DNA of 64,000 nucleotides, taken from NCBI RefSeq assembly GCF_036365525.1, contig NC_090404.1, forward strand, positions 10,416,001 to 10,480,000, read 5' to 3'. The DNA comes from Heterodontus francisci (lineage: Eukaryota). Below are positions 1 to 12,664 of the stretch, one piece after another. Below the pieces are notes generated by a model. The model saw only the letters and a list, made by a program, of their open reading frames with translations. It searched no databases and had not been told where the DNA came from. Position numbers and translations under genes: made by a program. Each line of letters opens with the position of its first letter. Positions within the stretch are counted from its first letter, which is position 1.

Positions 1-21
1 GCTTCCCACGGTACAAAAACT
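1..21 (+). other. 3' end of the RSS (spacer tail + nonamer ACAAAAACT at 13-21) of a NAR-TCR V gene lying just upstream of the window
   Basis: Bases 1-75 align to the reverse complement of the RSS spacer, nonamer and flank of the NAR-TCR V on the - strand near 36180-36260 (gcttccc..acaaaaact..cact..cagattatc..cggagttaatctgccg). Confidence 0.85.
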
Positions 22-364
22 CTCACTGCAGATTATCACATGAAAAAGCGGAGTTAATCTGCCGGTGAACCCCACAGTTCCGCCTCGCACCGACTCCCCA
101 CAGTCTAGTTTATAATGAGTTGGATTATTGCCGTTAACATCTTGAGTTTTATAAATGCCGAGTGTGCGCGGATGGTGATATCTTTCCCGGGATCGGTGTC
201 AATGAATGGAGATTGGGAATGACTGATCCCAGTGACAAATCCCTAACACCAGATGGGATACTGATCTAACCGCTGGAATCGGGAACCGCATTCCCCGCCG
301 TTAAACTAATGTCCCCACATCTCACCAAGTACCAGCGGATTTGAAGCTGTCTTGAAGCACAGTG

Positions 365-378
365 TTTACTGGAATGGC
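365..378 (+). CDS. NAR-TCR D segment, cassette 1 (TTTACTGGAATGGC), flanked by 12-RSS on both sides
   Basis: 5' side: nonamer GGATTTGAA 337-345, 12-nt spacer, heptamer 358-364. 3' side: CACAGTG 379-385, 12-nt spacer, ACAAATACC 398-406. Open in all three forward frames. Confidence 0.88.
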
Positions 379-768
379 CACAGTGGGTGAAACCTGAACA
401 AATACCTCTGCACAATTAAAATAGAAGCTCCCCGGGCTCGGTTCCCGAATTGTAGGGCTGATGCTATTATCGTTGTAATACGGCTTAATTTGATAGTAAT
501 TTCCTCCTTTCTATTATCTTCGTCTGATATTTTCCTCCGTTTAAACGAAGCACCCATCCCCAGCCCGTGATCCTGGGCCATGTTACCAAGAGCTCAGAGT
601 CTCACAAACACCAGTTTGAACAGAGAGGAATGTGAAACATGGAATTTTGTTTATTAATCTAAAACCCCTGGAATAATTGGGTTGTGTCTATAGCCTGGTG
701 ATGTGTGGCCGGCAGGTTGAGGTGTTGGCAGTTCTTGCACCAGGCTGACTGAGAACGGTGTCACTGTG

Positions 769-816
769 ACACTGAATACGTGGATGGTTCCGGGACGGTA
801 GTGACTGTCACAGCGG
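769..816 (+). CDS. NAR-TCR J segment, cassette 1 (TEYVDGSGTVVTVTA)
   Basis: Nonamer-like AGTTCTTGC 730-738, 23-nt spacer, CACTGTG 762-768; IgNAR-like DGxGT motif; phase-1 donor GTAAGT at 817. Confidence 0.9.
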
Positions 817-1549
817 GTAAGTGACTGCAAACCCCGCCGTGCTACAGACTGTCCTGGTGAATGTTCACCCTCAGTTTATTATTGCGATCAATATCACCTC
901 AATCCCTTGAAAACAAAACAGAGCAGTTTCCTAATGAAGTTTTTCCATTGCAGTTTGAGATTCAGGGCAGATTATGAACCAGGAGTAGGTTCCAGGTTTG
1001 AGTCTGGAGACATGAGGTGAGATCTCCACAGAGAGGACAGTCTGCGGGGTGTTGACCGCATCGGGACCATCACTGGCTTTACGTGGACTTTGGAGGATCC
1101 CGAAAACACCCCAAACTCTTTCTCATTCTGATCCACAGTTGGTTTAAATGAGCGCAGATCGTCCAGACTCCGGCCTCCGCTCCCGCTGTTCACTGTGACA
1201 GAGGAAGCTCTGTCTGTCCCTGTAGGAACGGGAGAGGGTGACAGAGCTCTGTCAGTCTGCGGCAGGATAGTCTATTCCGGGCCGGGCAGTGTGATTGAGG
1301 TACCGGGAGAGTGAACCCAACAATAAAGCAGCCCCTTCGATACCTGCAGCCACCTGTCCGATACCGACAGTTAAATGGAGGGACACAATATATTCCCAAT
1401 GCTAATTTAGCAAGTCTGAAGGGATAAATCATAGCTGCAGCGCAGAATAGCGATTTGGGTAAAATCCAGCTGTTTGAGGCAGGAACGGCCAGGTGGTTTA
1501 ATAACGGTAATAAGGGAGCGACTAAGGCCACAACAGAGAAAAATAATAT

Positions 1550-3350
1550 AAAAATAAATTGAAGGGCGCTATATCTGAATTCACGCAGCACTCGTAAGAA
1601 GACAGATAAATTAACGGTACAGTTGGGGATTAATGTATTTGATCTTGAAGCCAATATACAACTCAATATAGGCAAAACTAGGCAAAATGAAAAAGGAAAC
1701 GGGATAGGCCGGATAATAAAGGATGAGGTAAAGAGCATTAGTGAGAAAGGATCTTAGACCAAAAAGTCAGGATCTGAAATTAGTATGGAGCTACGAAATA
1801 AGAAAGTGCAGAAAACAGTGGTGAATTAAAAACAATCATATTGTTAGCCGGAGTCTAAATCAGCAAGTTAGAGGAGCATGTAACATGACGAATGCAATAA
1901 TCATGGGGGACTGTAATCTCTATATAGTGAGCAAATCAAATTGACAAAAGTAGATTGGAGGACGAGATTCAGGAATACATTCGAGACACCTATCTAGAAC
2001 AATATGTCGAGGAAACTAACTACGGAATTGACTATCTAATACTTTGTAACGGGACTATATTTATTCATAATCTTAAATTAATGCATTCTCTGGGAAAGAG
2101 TGATCCTAATATAATAGATGTCATATTCAATTTGAGAGTAATATGCTGCAGCCCAGAACTAGGGTCTTAAATTTGAAAAAGGTCAATTAGGGATGGATGA
2201 GGAGCGTGCAGGCTGCGCTAGACTGGGGGTTTTGATTAAAATAAGCAATGGCATACATTTAAATAAATCATTCATGATTCTCAACAAACATACATTCACA
2301 TTCAATAATAAAGGGGGGAAATAGAATATGAGAGTAAATTAACAAGAAAAATGAAAACAGATTGCAAGAACTTTTACATGTATGTTAAAACGAAGGGAAC
2401 AGTTAAAGTAAATGTGGACTCTTAGAAGCAGAGACAAGAGAAATTATAATTGGGATGAAGGAAATGGCCGGCACCTTATCCAGATATTTAGTGTCTGCCT
2501 TTGCAGTAGAGAACATAAAGAACATGAAGGAAACTTTGGAGAATCAAGTGTCTAATTAGTGAGAAAAAGTTAAAGTAATTCATATTAATAAAGAAAATAT
2601 ACAGGAAAAAATAATGGTATTAAAATCTCACAAATTCCCTCAAATCGATTGCCTAGCCGAGGGTTTTAAAAAAGGTATCTGCAGAGATAGTGGAATTCTT
2701 GGTTGGAACTCAGAATTTTCTGGATTCTGGAACAATACCGGTTGATCCAGAAAGGAGAGACAGAGAAAACAGGGAACGATAGGCCAGATAGCATCGGTAA
2801 TATATACAAAATACTAACATCTATTATAGGGGACATAGTGGCAGGGAAATAAGAAATTCATCATATAATTAGGCAGAATCAAGATGGCTTTATGAAAGAG
2901 AAATCGTATATGACAAATCTATTCGCGTTTTTGAGGTTTCACTAAAGGGCAGTTTAAAAGGAACGAATGGATGCAGTAGATTTGGATTTTCAGAAGGCAC
3001 ACAGCACGTTGTTACACAATATTTTGGAGTATTATATTAGCATGGATTTAGGATTTGTTGAGAATCAGGAAACAGTGAGTAGGAACAAATAGCCCATTTT
3101 TGGGATGGCAAGGTGTAACTAATAGCGTGACACAAGTATCGGTGTTTGGGCAACAGCTATTTCCAATCTATTTCAATGATTTAGATGACAGACAGAATGT
3201 AATAGATCCAAGTTTGCTGACTATACAAAGCTAGGTGGGAAAATAAGCTGTCAGGAAGGTGCAAGCAAGCTACAAAAGGACACAGGTCGGTTAATTGAGT
3301 GGGAAAGAAAGTGGCAGATGGAAGATAATGCGGGCAAGTATGAAATTATT
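1550..3350 (+). mobile_element. Old degraded CR1 LINE (ORF2 remnant) in the J-V intron
   Basis: Degenerate endonuclease/RT codons; paralogous copy on - at about 24570-25340 plus 33520-34720. Confidence 0.7.
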
Positions 3351-3359
3351 ACATAAATA

Positions 3360-4640
3360 GGATTACATCGGAAAAGGCCATTCAGGCCAGGTAGTCCATG
3401 CTAGCCTTCATGATCCACACGAGCCTCCTCCTATCTTTCCTCATCTAAACCTATCATCGTAAGCCGATATTCCCTTCTTCCTCATATGCTTGTCTAAGCT
3501 CCCCTTAAATCCATCTATACTATTCAGTTCAATCGCTCTCCATGGTAGCGCGTTCCACATTTTCACCATTCTCTGAGTAAAGATGTATCTTCTGAATTCC
3601 CAATTGGATTTCTTGGTGACTACCTTATATTGATGGCCTCTTGTTATGATCTTCCCCACAAGTGGAAACATTCTCTCTGTATTCACGCTATCAAAACCTT
3701 TCATAATTTTAAACACCTCTACTTGATTACCCCTCAACCTTCTGTTTTCAAGAGAAAAGAGACCCAGCCTGTTCATCCTTTCCTGTTATGTATACTCACA
3801 CATTTCTGGTGTCATCCTTGCAAATCTTCCCGAGTGCCTCCAAATCCTTTTTATAATAAGAGGACCGGAGCTGTTGTGTGGTCTAACCAAGGTTCTTAAC
3901 AGGTTTATCATATTTTCCCTACGTTTCAATTCTATTTGTTCTAGAAATAAAGCCTAGTGTTTGGGTTTCTTTCTTTATGAGCGATCTACCCTATGGTGCA
4001 ACTTTTAGTAATTGATGTATGTTGTATTTGTACTCCGAGATCCCTTTGTTTCTCTACCTCACCTAGAATCGCACCATCCAAAGTAATGAGACCTCCCTAT
4101 TCTCCCTGCCAAAATGTACTATCTCACATTTACCTGCGTTGAACTTAATTTCCCGACTATTCTCCCATTCTTCAAGTTTATTCACGTCCTCCTGTTAATT
4201 GCTATTGTCCTCCTCAGTATTGACCAGCACCACCACCCACCCCACCAGCAGCCGCCCCCCACCGCCCCCCCCCACCCCCCACCCCCGGCCCTCCCCACCC
4301 GCCAATTTGGTGTCATCCAGAAATTTAGAAATTGTGTTTTTGATTCCAAAGTACAAATTGTTAATGCAAATTGTGAACAGCAGTGGTCCCAGCACTGATA
4401 CTTGGGGGATAACACTTCCCAATGTCTGACATTCTGATTAATTATCCTTTACTTCCATTCTATGCTTTCTGGCTTAAACCAGCAAGCAACCCATCCTGCC
4501 ACAGGTTCCTTTACTCCACATTCTCTAGCCTTATTCATTAATCTGTTATAGGATACCTTATGGAAGGCCTTTAGAAAAAAACAGATCAATGGCATTCACG
4601 ACATTACTATTGCCCACTCTCTCTGTTACTTCCAAACAAT
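3360..4640 (-). mobile_element. Degraded CR1 LINE 3' portion
   Basis: ORFs 3441-3776 and 4195-4422 carry CR1 RT motifs ([34 protein letters not shown]). Confidence 0.8.
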
Positions 4641-6902
4641 CAATAATCCTGTCCATTTTGACAGGAATCACAATCACAGAACGTTAACATGCTGGTACAG
4701 AAAGCAATTGGGATGGGAATTGATATTTTAGCCTTTATTGCAAGGGCCTTGGATTGCAAGAGTAAGACCATCTGCAGAGCATGTGTCAGGCCATTTTGCT
4801 GCAATTCTCGATAGCTTTGCAGAGACCAAATCTGTTGTTGTCATCGACTGAACATTCACAACACACTAAGTTACAGAAGTCCAAATATTTACAGTTCGTT
4901 GAATGAAGGAATTACTTTTGATCGCATTCCTCGCATTCCTAGGTGAATGGCTCTTTCAGAGAACTAGTCGGACACGACGGGCCGAATGGGCCTCTTCCGA
5001 GCTGTAACAATTCTATGTTTCTATAAATGAGTCATTCATTACCCTGGGCCTTTGACTCCTAGTGCTAGGTTCACCACATCGGCGATATGGCCTACTATTA
5101 CTCGTCGGTCTTATATTGTTACCTTGTGTTCTTAATAACAGCAAACATTTCAGGCGGAACATCTTCATTCAGGGAGTGGTGAGAATGTGCAACTCGCTAT
5201 CACGTCGAGCAGTTGAATCAATGCATTTAAGGGGAAGCTACCGTAACACTTGAGAAAGAAAGAATATCTTGATAGTGTGAGATGCAGTAGCGTGTAAGGC
5301 GGCTCGTGTGGAGCATAAACACCGGCATGGACTGAGTTGGTCCGAATGGCCTGCTTCTGCTGTACATCATGCGATAGTTTATGTAATACATATTTTTCAT
5401 GTATGAGAAATAGGTTTGCAGGAATTCATTTGCATCCTTGGTTACTCTAAATGAAATAAAACGTGGCTGTGAGCGAGTCAGGGCGAGGTGCGAATGTTCT
5501 TTGCAAAACAGACAGAGGAACAGCCGAAGGAGTGCAGACTGGAAGAAAGTCAATTTGTGACTGGCAAGAAATAATTCACCGAAAGGGAGAGACATACTGA
5601 ACTTCACCGGTCAGGTGGGATTCTGCAGACACCGATCTCAGGGCTGTTCAAATCCAATCCAACGCCGGGAAGTGAGTTTTACTAGAGGGACGGGCTGCGA
5701 TTGGATTCCGGTATTTTGCTCAACCTTGGATTTTTAATACACCTGAGAAAAGACATTAACAGCAATCCACATCTATCTGGAAAGATTGAACAGCTGAGGC
5801 TCTTATCTCTGGAAAAGAGAAGACAGCAAGGAGACCTGGTGGACAAAATTAAAATGCTAAACTTGTTAGCAAGGTTCCAGGTGCAGAAAATGTTTTCAAT
5901 TGTCGGCGAGTCCAGAACAAAGAGCCATAAATATAAGACATTAATGGACAGAAAAAATAAAGACTTGAGGAAGAATTTATTTACACAGAGTCGAATTGGC
6001 AGTTGGAGAATATGGCATTGATTCACTTTAGGGGAGGCTTGGAAACGTACAGGAGTGTGAAATGAATCGAGGGACAAAGAGGTCAGGATGGGAAGAGGTT
6101 ATGAAAGTGGGAGGAGACTCCTGTCGAGTATAAAACTGGAATAGACCAGATGGGCCGAATGGCCTGTTCATGCTCTGCAGCTTCTGTACATATTAAACGT
6201 AGAGAAGTTCTGTTTTGCGAACAGGGTAGATGTCAGCCAATGGGCTGAAGGAATTGAAATTGTCAGAGATCCTGAAGTGCCGGTTCCCAGTGAGTAACAG
6301 TAAAACCATTGCGGAAACTGCACAAACTGAACTCAACTGACAACTGAGAGACGTTGGGTCAAGTTCCCAGGACGGTAAAATTCAGCAATAGTAACCAAAT
6401 GAACGACCCCGATGTATAAATAAATCGAAGTACCCATATAAACCTGAGACTAAAGTGAAATGGAACAAAACAGACCCCTTCTTGGGAAAAAAACAAATAG
6501 AGCTTGAGGCAGGCACCCCTTGAAGGGTGAAACTGCAATTAAACTCTGATCTTCAACACACAGATGTTAAACGTCACTTGGCCCAATTGTGCTCATGAAT
6601 CTCACTGCTTCCTGTTGGAACTTTCCATGCTCAGTTAAACATAACACAGCTGGGTTACATCCGGGCAAACATTTTTGGAAGGTGATTGTCTCCTTGAGGA
6701 GAATAGACTAGTAAAATGTTCCTGCGATATGTCTTTCACCAAGAAAAATAGAAACATAAATTTAATACATAATATAGAATCGTGCAACACAGAATGAAAA
6801 CATTCGGTCCATCTTACTTTTGCCGGCTCCTTCACTTAGACCCACTCCTGCTCCTTCCCCACAGCCAATTCTTCCTTCTCCAGTATTTATCCAATGTCCT
6901 AG

Positions 6903-8192
6903 CGAGAGACAGCATGGTTTTGTGAAGGGGATGTCGTGTCTTACTAATTTGATCGAGTTTTTTGAGGAAGTGACGAAGATGATTGATGAGGGAAGGGCGG
7001 TGGATGTTGTCTATATGGACTTTAGTAAAGCCTTTGACAAGGTCCCGCATGGCAGACTGGTGCAAAAGGTGAAGTTACACTGGATCAGAGGTGAGCTGGC
7101 AAGATGGATACAGAACTGGCTCGGTCAAGAAGACAGAGGGTAACAGTGGATGGGTGTTTTTCTGAATGGAGGGATGTGACTAGTGGTGTTCCGCAGGGAT
7201 AAATGCTGGGACCTTTGCTGTTTGCAGTATATATAAATGATTTGGAGGAAAATGTAGCTGGTCTGATTAGTAAGTTTGCAGACGACACAAAGGTTGGTGG
7301 AGTTGCGGATAGTGATGAGGATTGTCAGAGGATACAGCAGGATATAGATCGATTGGAGACTTGGGCAGAGAAATGGCAGATGGAGTTTAATCCGGACAAA
7401 TGTGAGGTAATGCATTTTGGAAGGTCTAATGCAGGTGGGAAGTATACAGTAAATGGCAGAACCCTTAGGAGCTTTGACATTGAGAGAGATCTGTGCGTAT
7501 AGGTCCATAGGTCACTGAAAGTGGCAGCGCAGGTGGATAAGGTAGTCAAGAAGGCATACGGCATGCTTGCCTTCATCAGTCGGGGCATAGAGTAAAAAAA
7601 TTGACAAGTCATGTTGCAGCTGTACAGAACCTTAGTTAGGCCACACTTAGAATATTGCGTGCAATTCTGGTCGCCACACTACCAGAAGGACGTGGAGGCT
7701 TTGGAGAGGGTACAGAGGAGGTTTACCAGGATGTTGCCTGGCCTTGAGGGCATTAGCTATGAGGAGAGGTTGGATAAACTCGAATTGTTTTCACTGGAAC
7801 GACGGAGGTGGAGGGGCGACATGATAGAGGTTTACAAAGTTATGAGCGGCATGGACAGAGTGGATAGTCAGAAGCTTTATCCCAGTGTGGAAGAGTCAGT
7901 TACTAGGGGGCATAGGTTTAAGCTGCGAGGGGTAAGGTTTCGAGGGTATGTGCGAGGCAAGTATTTTACACAGAGGGTGGTGAGTGCCTGGAACTTGTTG
8001 CCAGGGGAGGTGGTGGAAGCAGATAAGATAGAGACGTTTAAGAGACATCTTGACAAATATATGAATAGGAAGGGAATAGAGGGATATGGGCCCCGGAAGT
8101 GCAGAAGGTGTTAGTTTCGGCAGGCATCAAGATCGGCGCAGGCTTGGAGGGCCGGATGGCCTGTTCCTGTGTTCTTTGTTCTTTGTTCTTTG
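6903..8192 (+). mobile_element. 5'-truncated CR1 LINE with (TGTTCTT)n tail
   Basis: RT motifs [49 protein letters not shown]; short tandem-repeat 3' tail. Confidence 0.92.
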
Positions 8193-8410
8193 TTATTGAA
8201 CCTGCATCCACCGCCTTCTCAGACAGTGCATTTTGGATCATAACAGCTCGCTGTGCAAATTAATTTCTCCACAGCTTCGAGCTGAATAAAGTTGGAACAG
8301 ATTTCATAAGAAGTAAAGCCATACCCCAAAAGGCAGAAACATGTCTTAATTGACAAGCTTATCCAGGTAAAAAGCGAATGAAGACATAACATGACATTTT
8401 CATTCTACAG

Positions 8411-8713
8411 ATTCCAGTTCAATGGTGTCGCGGAGTCCGCCTCGACAAACCTCTGCTGTTGGTGACACGGTTACTTTGAGCTGTGAATATTCAGGGTTCT
8501 GTCAGTACACAGTACACTGGTACCGTCAGCCCCCAGGGCAGGCTCCGAAATACCTGCTTCAGATACACACTTCAAGAGACCAAAAAGAAAACACAGCCGG
8601 GGGACGAATTTCTGTATCAATCGATCCTGCCGAGAAAATCAGCCGGTTAAACATCTCCAAACTACAACTGAGCGACTCAGCTGTGTATTACTGTGAACTG
8701 AGTCGGCGCACAG
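8411..8713 (+). CDS. Leaderless supporting TCR-delta V exon of NAR-TCR cassette 1
   Basis: Acceptor ttctacAG at 8409-8410, in phase with the J at 769-816. (D)SSSMVSRSPP..TLSCEYSGFCQYTVHWYRQ..DSAVYYCELSRRTA. Extra Cys in CDR1, no leader exon found, consensus 23-RSS at 8714-8752. Confidence 0.9.
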
Positions 8714-9000
8714 CACAGTGATACAGAGCACGGAGAGAGCTGTACAAAAACCTGAACATGGTGGAGATCACAGACACACAGTGATACAGAGCACGGGAAG
8801 AGCTGTACAAAGACCTGAACATGATGGGGATTACAGACACACAGTGATACAGAGCACGGGAAGAGCTGTACAAAAACCTGAACATGGTGGAGATTACAGA
8901 CACACGGTGATACAGAGCACCTAGAGAGCTATGCTAAAACCTAAACATGTTGGGGTTTACAGCAACACAGTGACACAGAGTACGACGAGAGCTGTACAAG
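8714..9000 (+). repeat. Tandem 23-RSS array, + strand, part 1 (5 x 63-bp units)
   Basis: Heptamers at 8714, 8777, 8840, 8903 (CACGGTG) and 8966, each with a 23-nt spacer and ACAAAAACC-like nonamer; the last nonamer is cut by a CR1. Confidence 0.95.
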
Positions 9001-11414
9001 CAGTCAGGCAGAGATAGGGGAGCAGATATGTCGGTAAATCTCAGACTGGTAAAAATAAGAGGGTAATAATAGTACGGTATTCCAAAAATCCCCAATATTA
9101 ACTGGGATACTCTTAGTGCAAAAGGCATAAAGGGGGCAAAATTCTTAAAGTGCATCCAGGAGAGCTTTTTGAGCCAGCACGTAGAAAGTCCCAGAAGAGA
9201 AGGGGCAGTGCTGGACCTAATCCGAGGCAATGAAGCCGAACAATTGGTGGAATTGTCAGTGGGGTAGCATTTCAAGGATCGTGACCATAACTCTGTAAGA
9301 TTTTAAAGTGGTTATGGAAAAGGACAAAGATGGACCGGAAATAAAGGTACTGAATTGGGGGAGGCCGATTTCAATATGATAAAAGAGAATCTGACCAAAT
9401 GTAGTGGGAGCAGCTATTTGTAGGGAAGTCTACATCAGACCAGTGGGAGTCATTCAAAAAGGAAATAGTGAGAGTTCAGGGCCAACGTGTTCCCGTAAAG
9501 GTGAAGGGTCGGACCAACAAGTTCAGGGAACCCTGGATGTCAAGGGATATAGAGGATTGGATAAGGAAATAAAGGAGGCTTATGGCAGATTCAGAGGGCT
9601 GAAAACAGCGGAGGCACTAAAGGAGTATAGAAAGTGAAGGGGGTACTTAAAAAAGTAATTAGGAGAGCGAAGAGGGTCATGAAAAAACACAGGCAGACAA
9701 GAGAAAGGAAAATCCCAAGGCGTTATATAAGTATATTAATGGCAAGAGGATAACCAGGAAAATAGTAGGACCCATTAGGGACCAACGTGGCAATGTGTGT
9801 GTGGAGCCGGAGAACGTAGGTGAGGTTTTAAATGATTGCTTTTCATCTGTGTTCACTATGGAGAAGTACGATGTAGGTATAGAGATCAGGGAGGGGGATT
9901 GTGATATACTTGAACAAATTAGCATTGAGAGGGAGGAGGTATTAGCGGTTTTAGCGGGCTTAAAAGTGGATAAATCCTCAGGCCCAGATAAGATATATCC
10001 CAAGCGGTTATGCGAGGCAAAGGAGGAGATTACAGGGGCTCTGACACAAATTTTCAAATCCTCTCTGGCCACCGGAGAGGTGCCAGAGGCCTGGCGGACA
10101 GCGAATGTGGTACCATTATTCAAGAAGGGTAGCAGGGATAAACCAGGTAATTACAGGACAGTGAGTCTAACATCAGTGGTAGGCAAACTATTAGAAAAAA
10201 TTCTGAGGGACAGGATTAATCTCCACTTGGAAAGGCAGGGAATATTCAGGGATGGTCAGCATGGCTTTGTCAGGGCGAAATCATGTCTGACAAATGTGAC
10301 CGAATTTTTCGAGGAGGTGACTAGGTGTGCTGATGAGGGTAAAGCATATGGTGTAGTCTACATGGACTTCAGTAAGGCTTTTGATAAGGTCCCGCATGGG
10401 AGATTGGTTAAGAATGTAAGAGCCCATGGGATCCAGGGCAATATGGCAAATTGGATCCAAAATTGGCTTAGTGGAAGGAGGCAGAGGGTGATGGTCGAGG
10501 GTTGTTTTTGCGAGTGGAAGTCTTTGACCAGTGGGGGATCAGTACCGGAGGGATCAGTGCTGGGACCCTTGCTGTTTGCAGTGTACATTAATGATTTAGA
10601 CGCAGATATAGTAGGTATGATCAGTAAGTTTGCAGAAGGCACAAAAATTGGTGGTGTCGTAGATAGTGAGGAAAGCCTTAGATTACAGGATGATGTAGAT
10701 GGGCTGGTAAGATGGGCAGAGCAGTGGCAAATGGAATTTAATCTTGGGAAGTGTGAGGTGATGCATTTTAGGAGGACTAACAAGGCAAGATAATATAAAA
10801 TGGATGGCAGGACCCTAGGAAGTACAGAGAGTTAGGGGGACCTTGGTGTACTTGTCTACACATCACTGAAGGCAGCAGCACAGGTAGATAAGGTCGTTAG
10901 GAAGGCTTATGGGATACTTTCCTTTATTAGCCGAGGCGTAGAATATAAGAACAGGGAGGTTATGATGGAGCTGCATAAAACGCTAGCTAGGCCACAGCTG
11001 GAGTACTGTGTACAGTTCTGGTCACCACACTATAGGAAGCATGTGTTTGCACTGGAGTGGGTGCAGAGGAGATTCAACAGGATGTTGTCTGGGCTGGAGC
11101 ATTTCAGCTATGAAGAGAGACTGGATAGGCTAGGATTTTTTTCCTTAGAGCAGAGAAGGCTGAGGGGGGACCTGATTGAGGTATACACAATTATGAGGGA
11201 CATATAAAGGGTAGATAGGAATAAACTATTTCCCTTAGCAGAGGGTTCACTAAACAGGGGGCATAGATTTGATGATAGGGGCAGGACGTTTAGAGGGGAT
11301 TTGAGGGGAAAAAGTCACCCAGAGGGTGGTTGGAATCTGGAACACACTGCCTGAAGGGGTGGTAGAGGTAGGAACCCTCACAACATTTAAGAAGTATTTA
11401 GATAAGCACTTGAA
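9001..11414 (+). mobile_element. CR1 LINE (ORF2 endonuclease-RT, decayed) inserted in the RSS array
   Basis: ORF 9795-10793 and neighbours have CR1 RT motifs; no 3' UTR or tail; ends directly against a heptamer. Confidence 0.92.
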
Positions 11415-11603
11415 CACAGTGATACAGAACAGGGAGAGAGCTGTGCAAAAACCTGAACATAGCGGAGATTACAGGCACACAGTGTTATCGAGCACGGGGA
11501 GAGCTGTGCAAAAACCTGAACATGGCGGAGATTACAGACACACAGTGACACAGAGCATGGAGAGAGCTGTACAAAAACCTGAACATGGCGGAGATTGCAG
11601 ACA
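11415..11603 (+). repeat. Tandem 23-RSS array, + strand, part 2 (3 x 63-bp units)
   Basis: CACAGTG at 11415, 11478, 11541; 23-nt spacers; nonamers GCAAAAACC, GCAAAAACC, ACAAAAACC. Confidence 0.93.
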
Positions 11604-12664
11604 CTTTCAGGGGATGAATCATTAACAACATGTATATTCTACAAGGAGAGCCCCCTCGCACAATTTTCTGGAAGAAGCCAAAAATGATTTATGATTTTTC
11701 CATCTATCACACAACCTATATACAACTCTGCTCATCGGTTGCACAAGTTTCTAAATCTACCTACGAATACCGTATGAACAACCAATAAAAAAACTGAATT
11801 TATATATATTGTTTTCCTTTCATGGGATGTGGGTGTTGCTGGCTCGGACAGCATTTATTGCCCGTCCCTAATTGCCCATGAGAAGGTGGTGGTGAGCTGC
11901 CTTCTTCAATCACTGCAGTCTATGTGTGCTAGGTACACCCACAGTACTAATAGGAAGGGAGTTCCAGGACATAGACACAGCGATAATGAACGAACCGCGA
12001 CCAAGTTCCAATTTAGGCTTGGAGGGGAACTTTCAGCTGGAGGTGTTCCCACGCTTCTTCTGCCCTTGTCCTTCTCGGTGGTAGTGGTTGTGGGTTTGGA
12101 AGGTGCTCCCTGAGTAGCCTTGGTGCATTGCTGCAGTGTATCTTGTTAACAACCGGTTGGGGAATGCGCATGTGCGGCCCGTTCTCCCAGAGTCAGCGGG
12201 GACCGTGCCACTTAGGCGCCTTTCCTAACCGCTGTGAATTTTGGGAGGAGCAGGCCCCATCATTAACTCAGTCCATTGAAACACAACTTCCTTCCAGCGG
12301 GGAGTTGCCCGCGTTGCTCGGACTGACAGACTGCCAGTGTCCTTTTGTGTGGCGAGAATCTCCGAGCAGATTGAAGATTTAATCCGGGAAATGCCGGGAG
12401 GTAGTGGCCACCCATCAACCCAATTGATGGGAGAAACCTTTTTTTTACACTAAATGAGGTGAAAAAGAGGCATGACTGCAAGAATTATTACAACTTGTGA
12501 TTTGGATAGGAGACTCGAAAGAGAGGAATATTAAAGGGCGTGAGGAGCACTAAATAAAGTGAAGACTAAATGAGCTGTTCCATTTTGCTCCATGAGGTAC
12601 AATTCTAAAATAATTGAGAATATATAAATGAAGAATATGTGTACCCCCCCCCCACTTCCTGCTT

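Noticed and set aside
1270-1315. J-like peptide YSGPGSVIEVP downstream of the NAR-TCR J
   Set aside because: No properly spaced RSS, and the paralogous position near 34960-35000 does not keep the GxG motif.
9795-10793. Long RT ORFs here and at 16832-17677 and 25903-28430 as active or domesticated genes
   Set aside because: All are fragments of frameshifted or stop-interrupted LINE copies; this one also has the catalytic FADD changed to FAEG.
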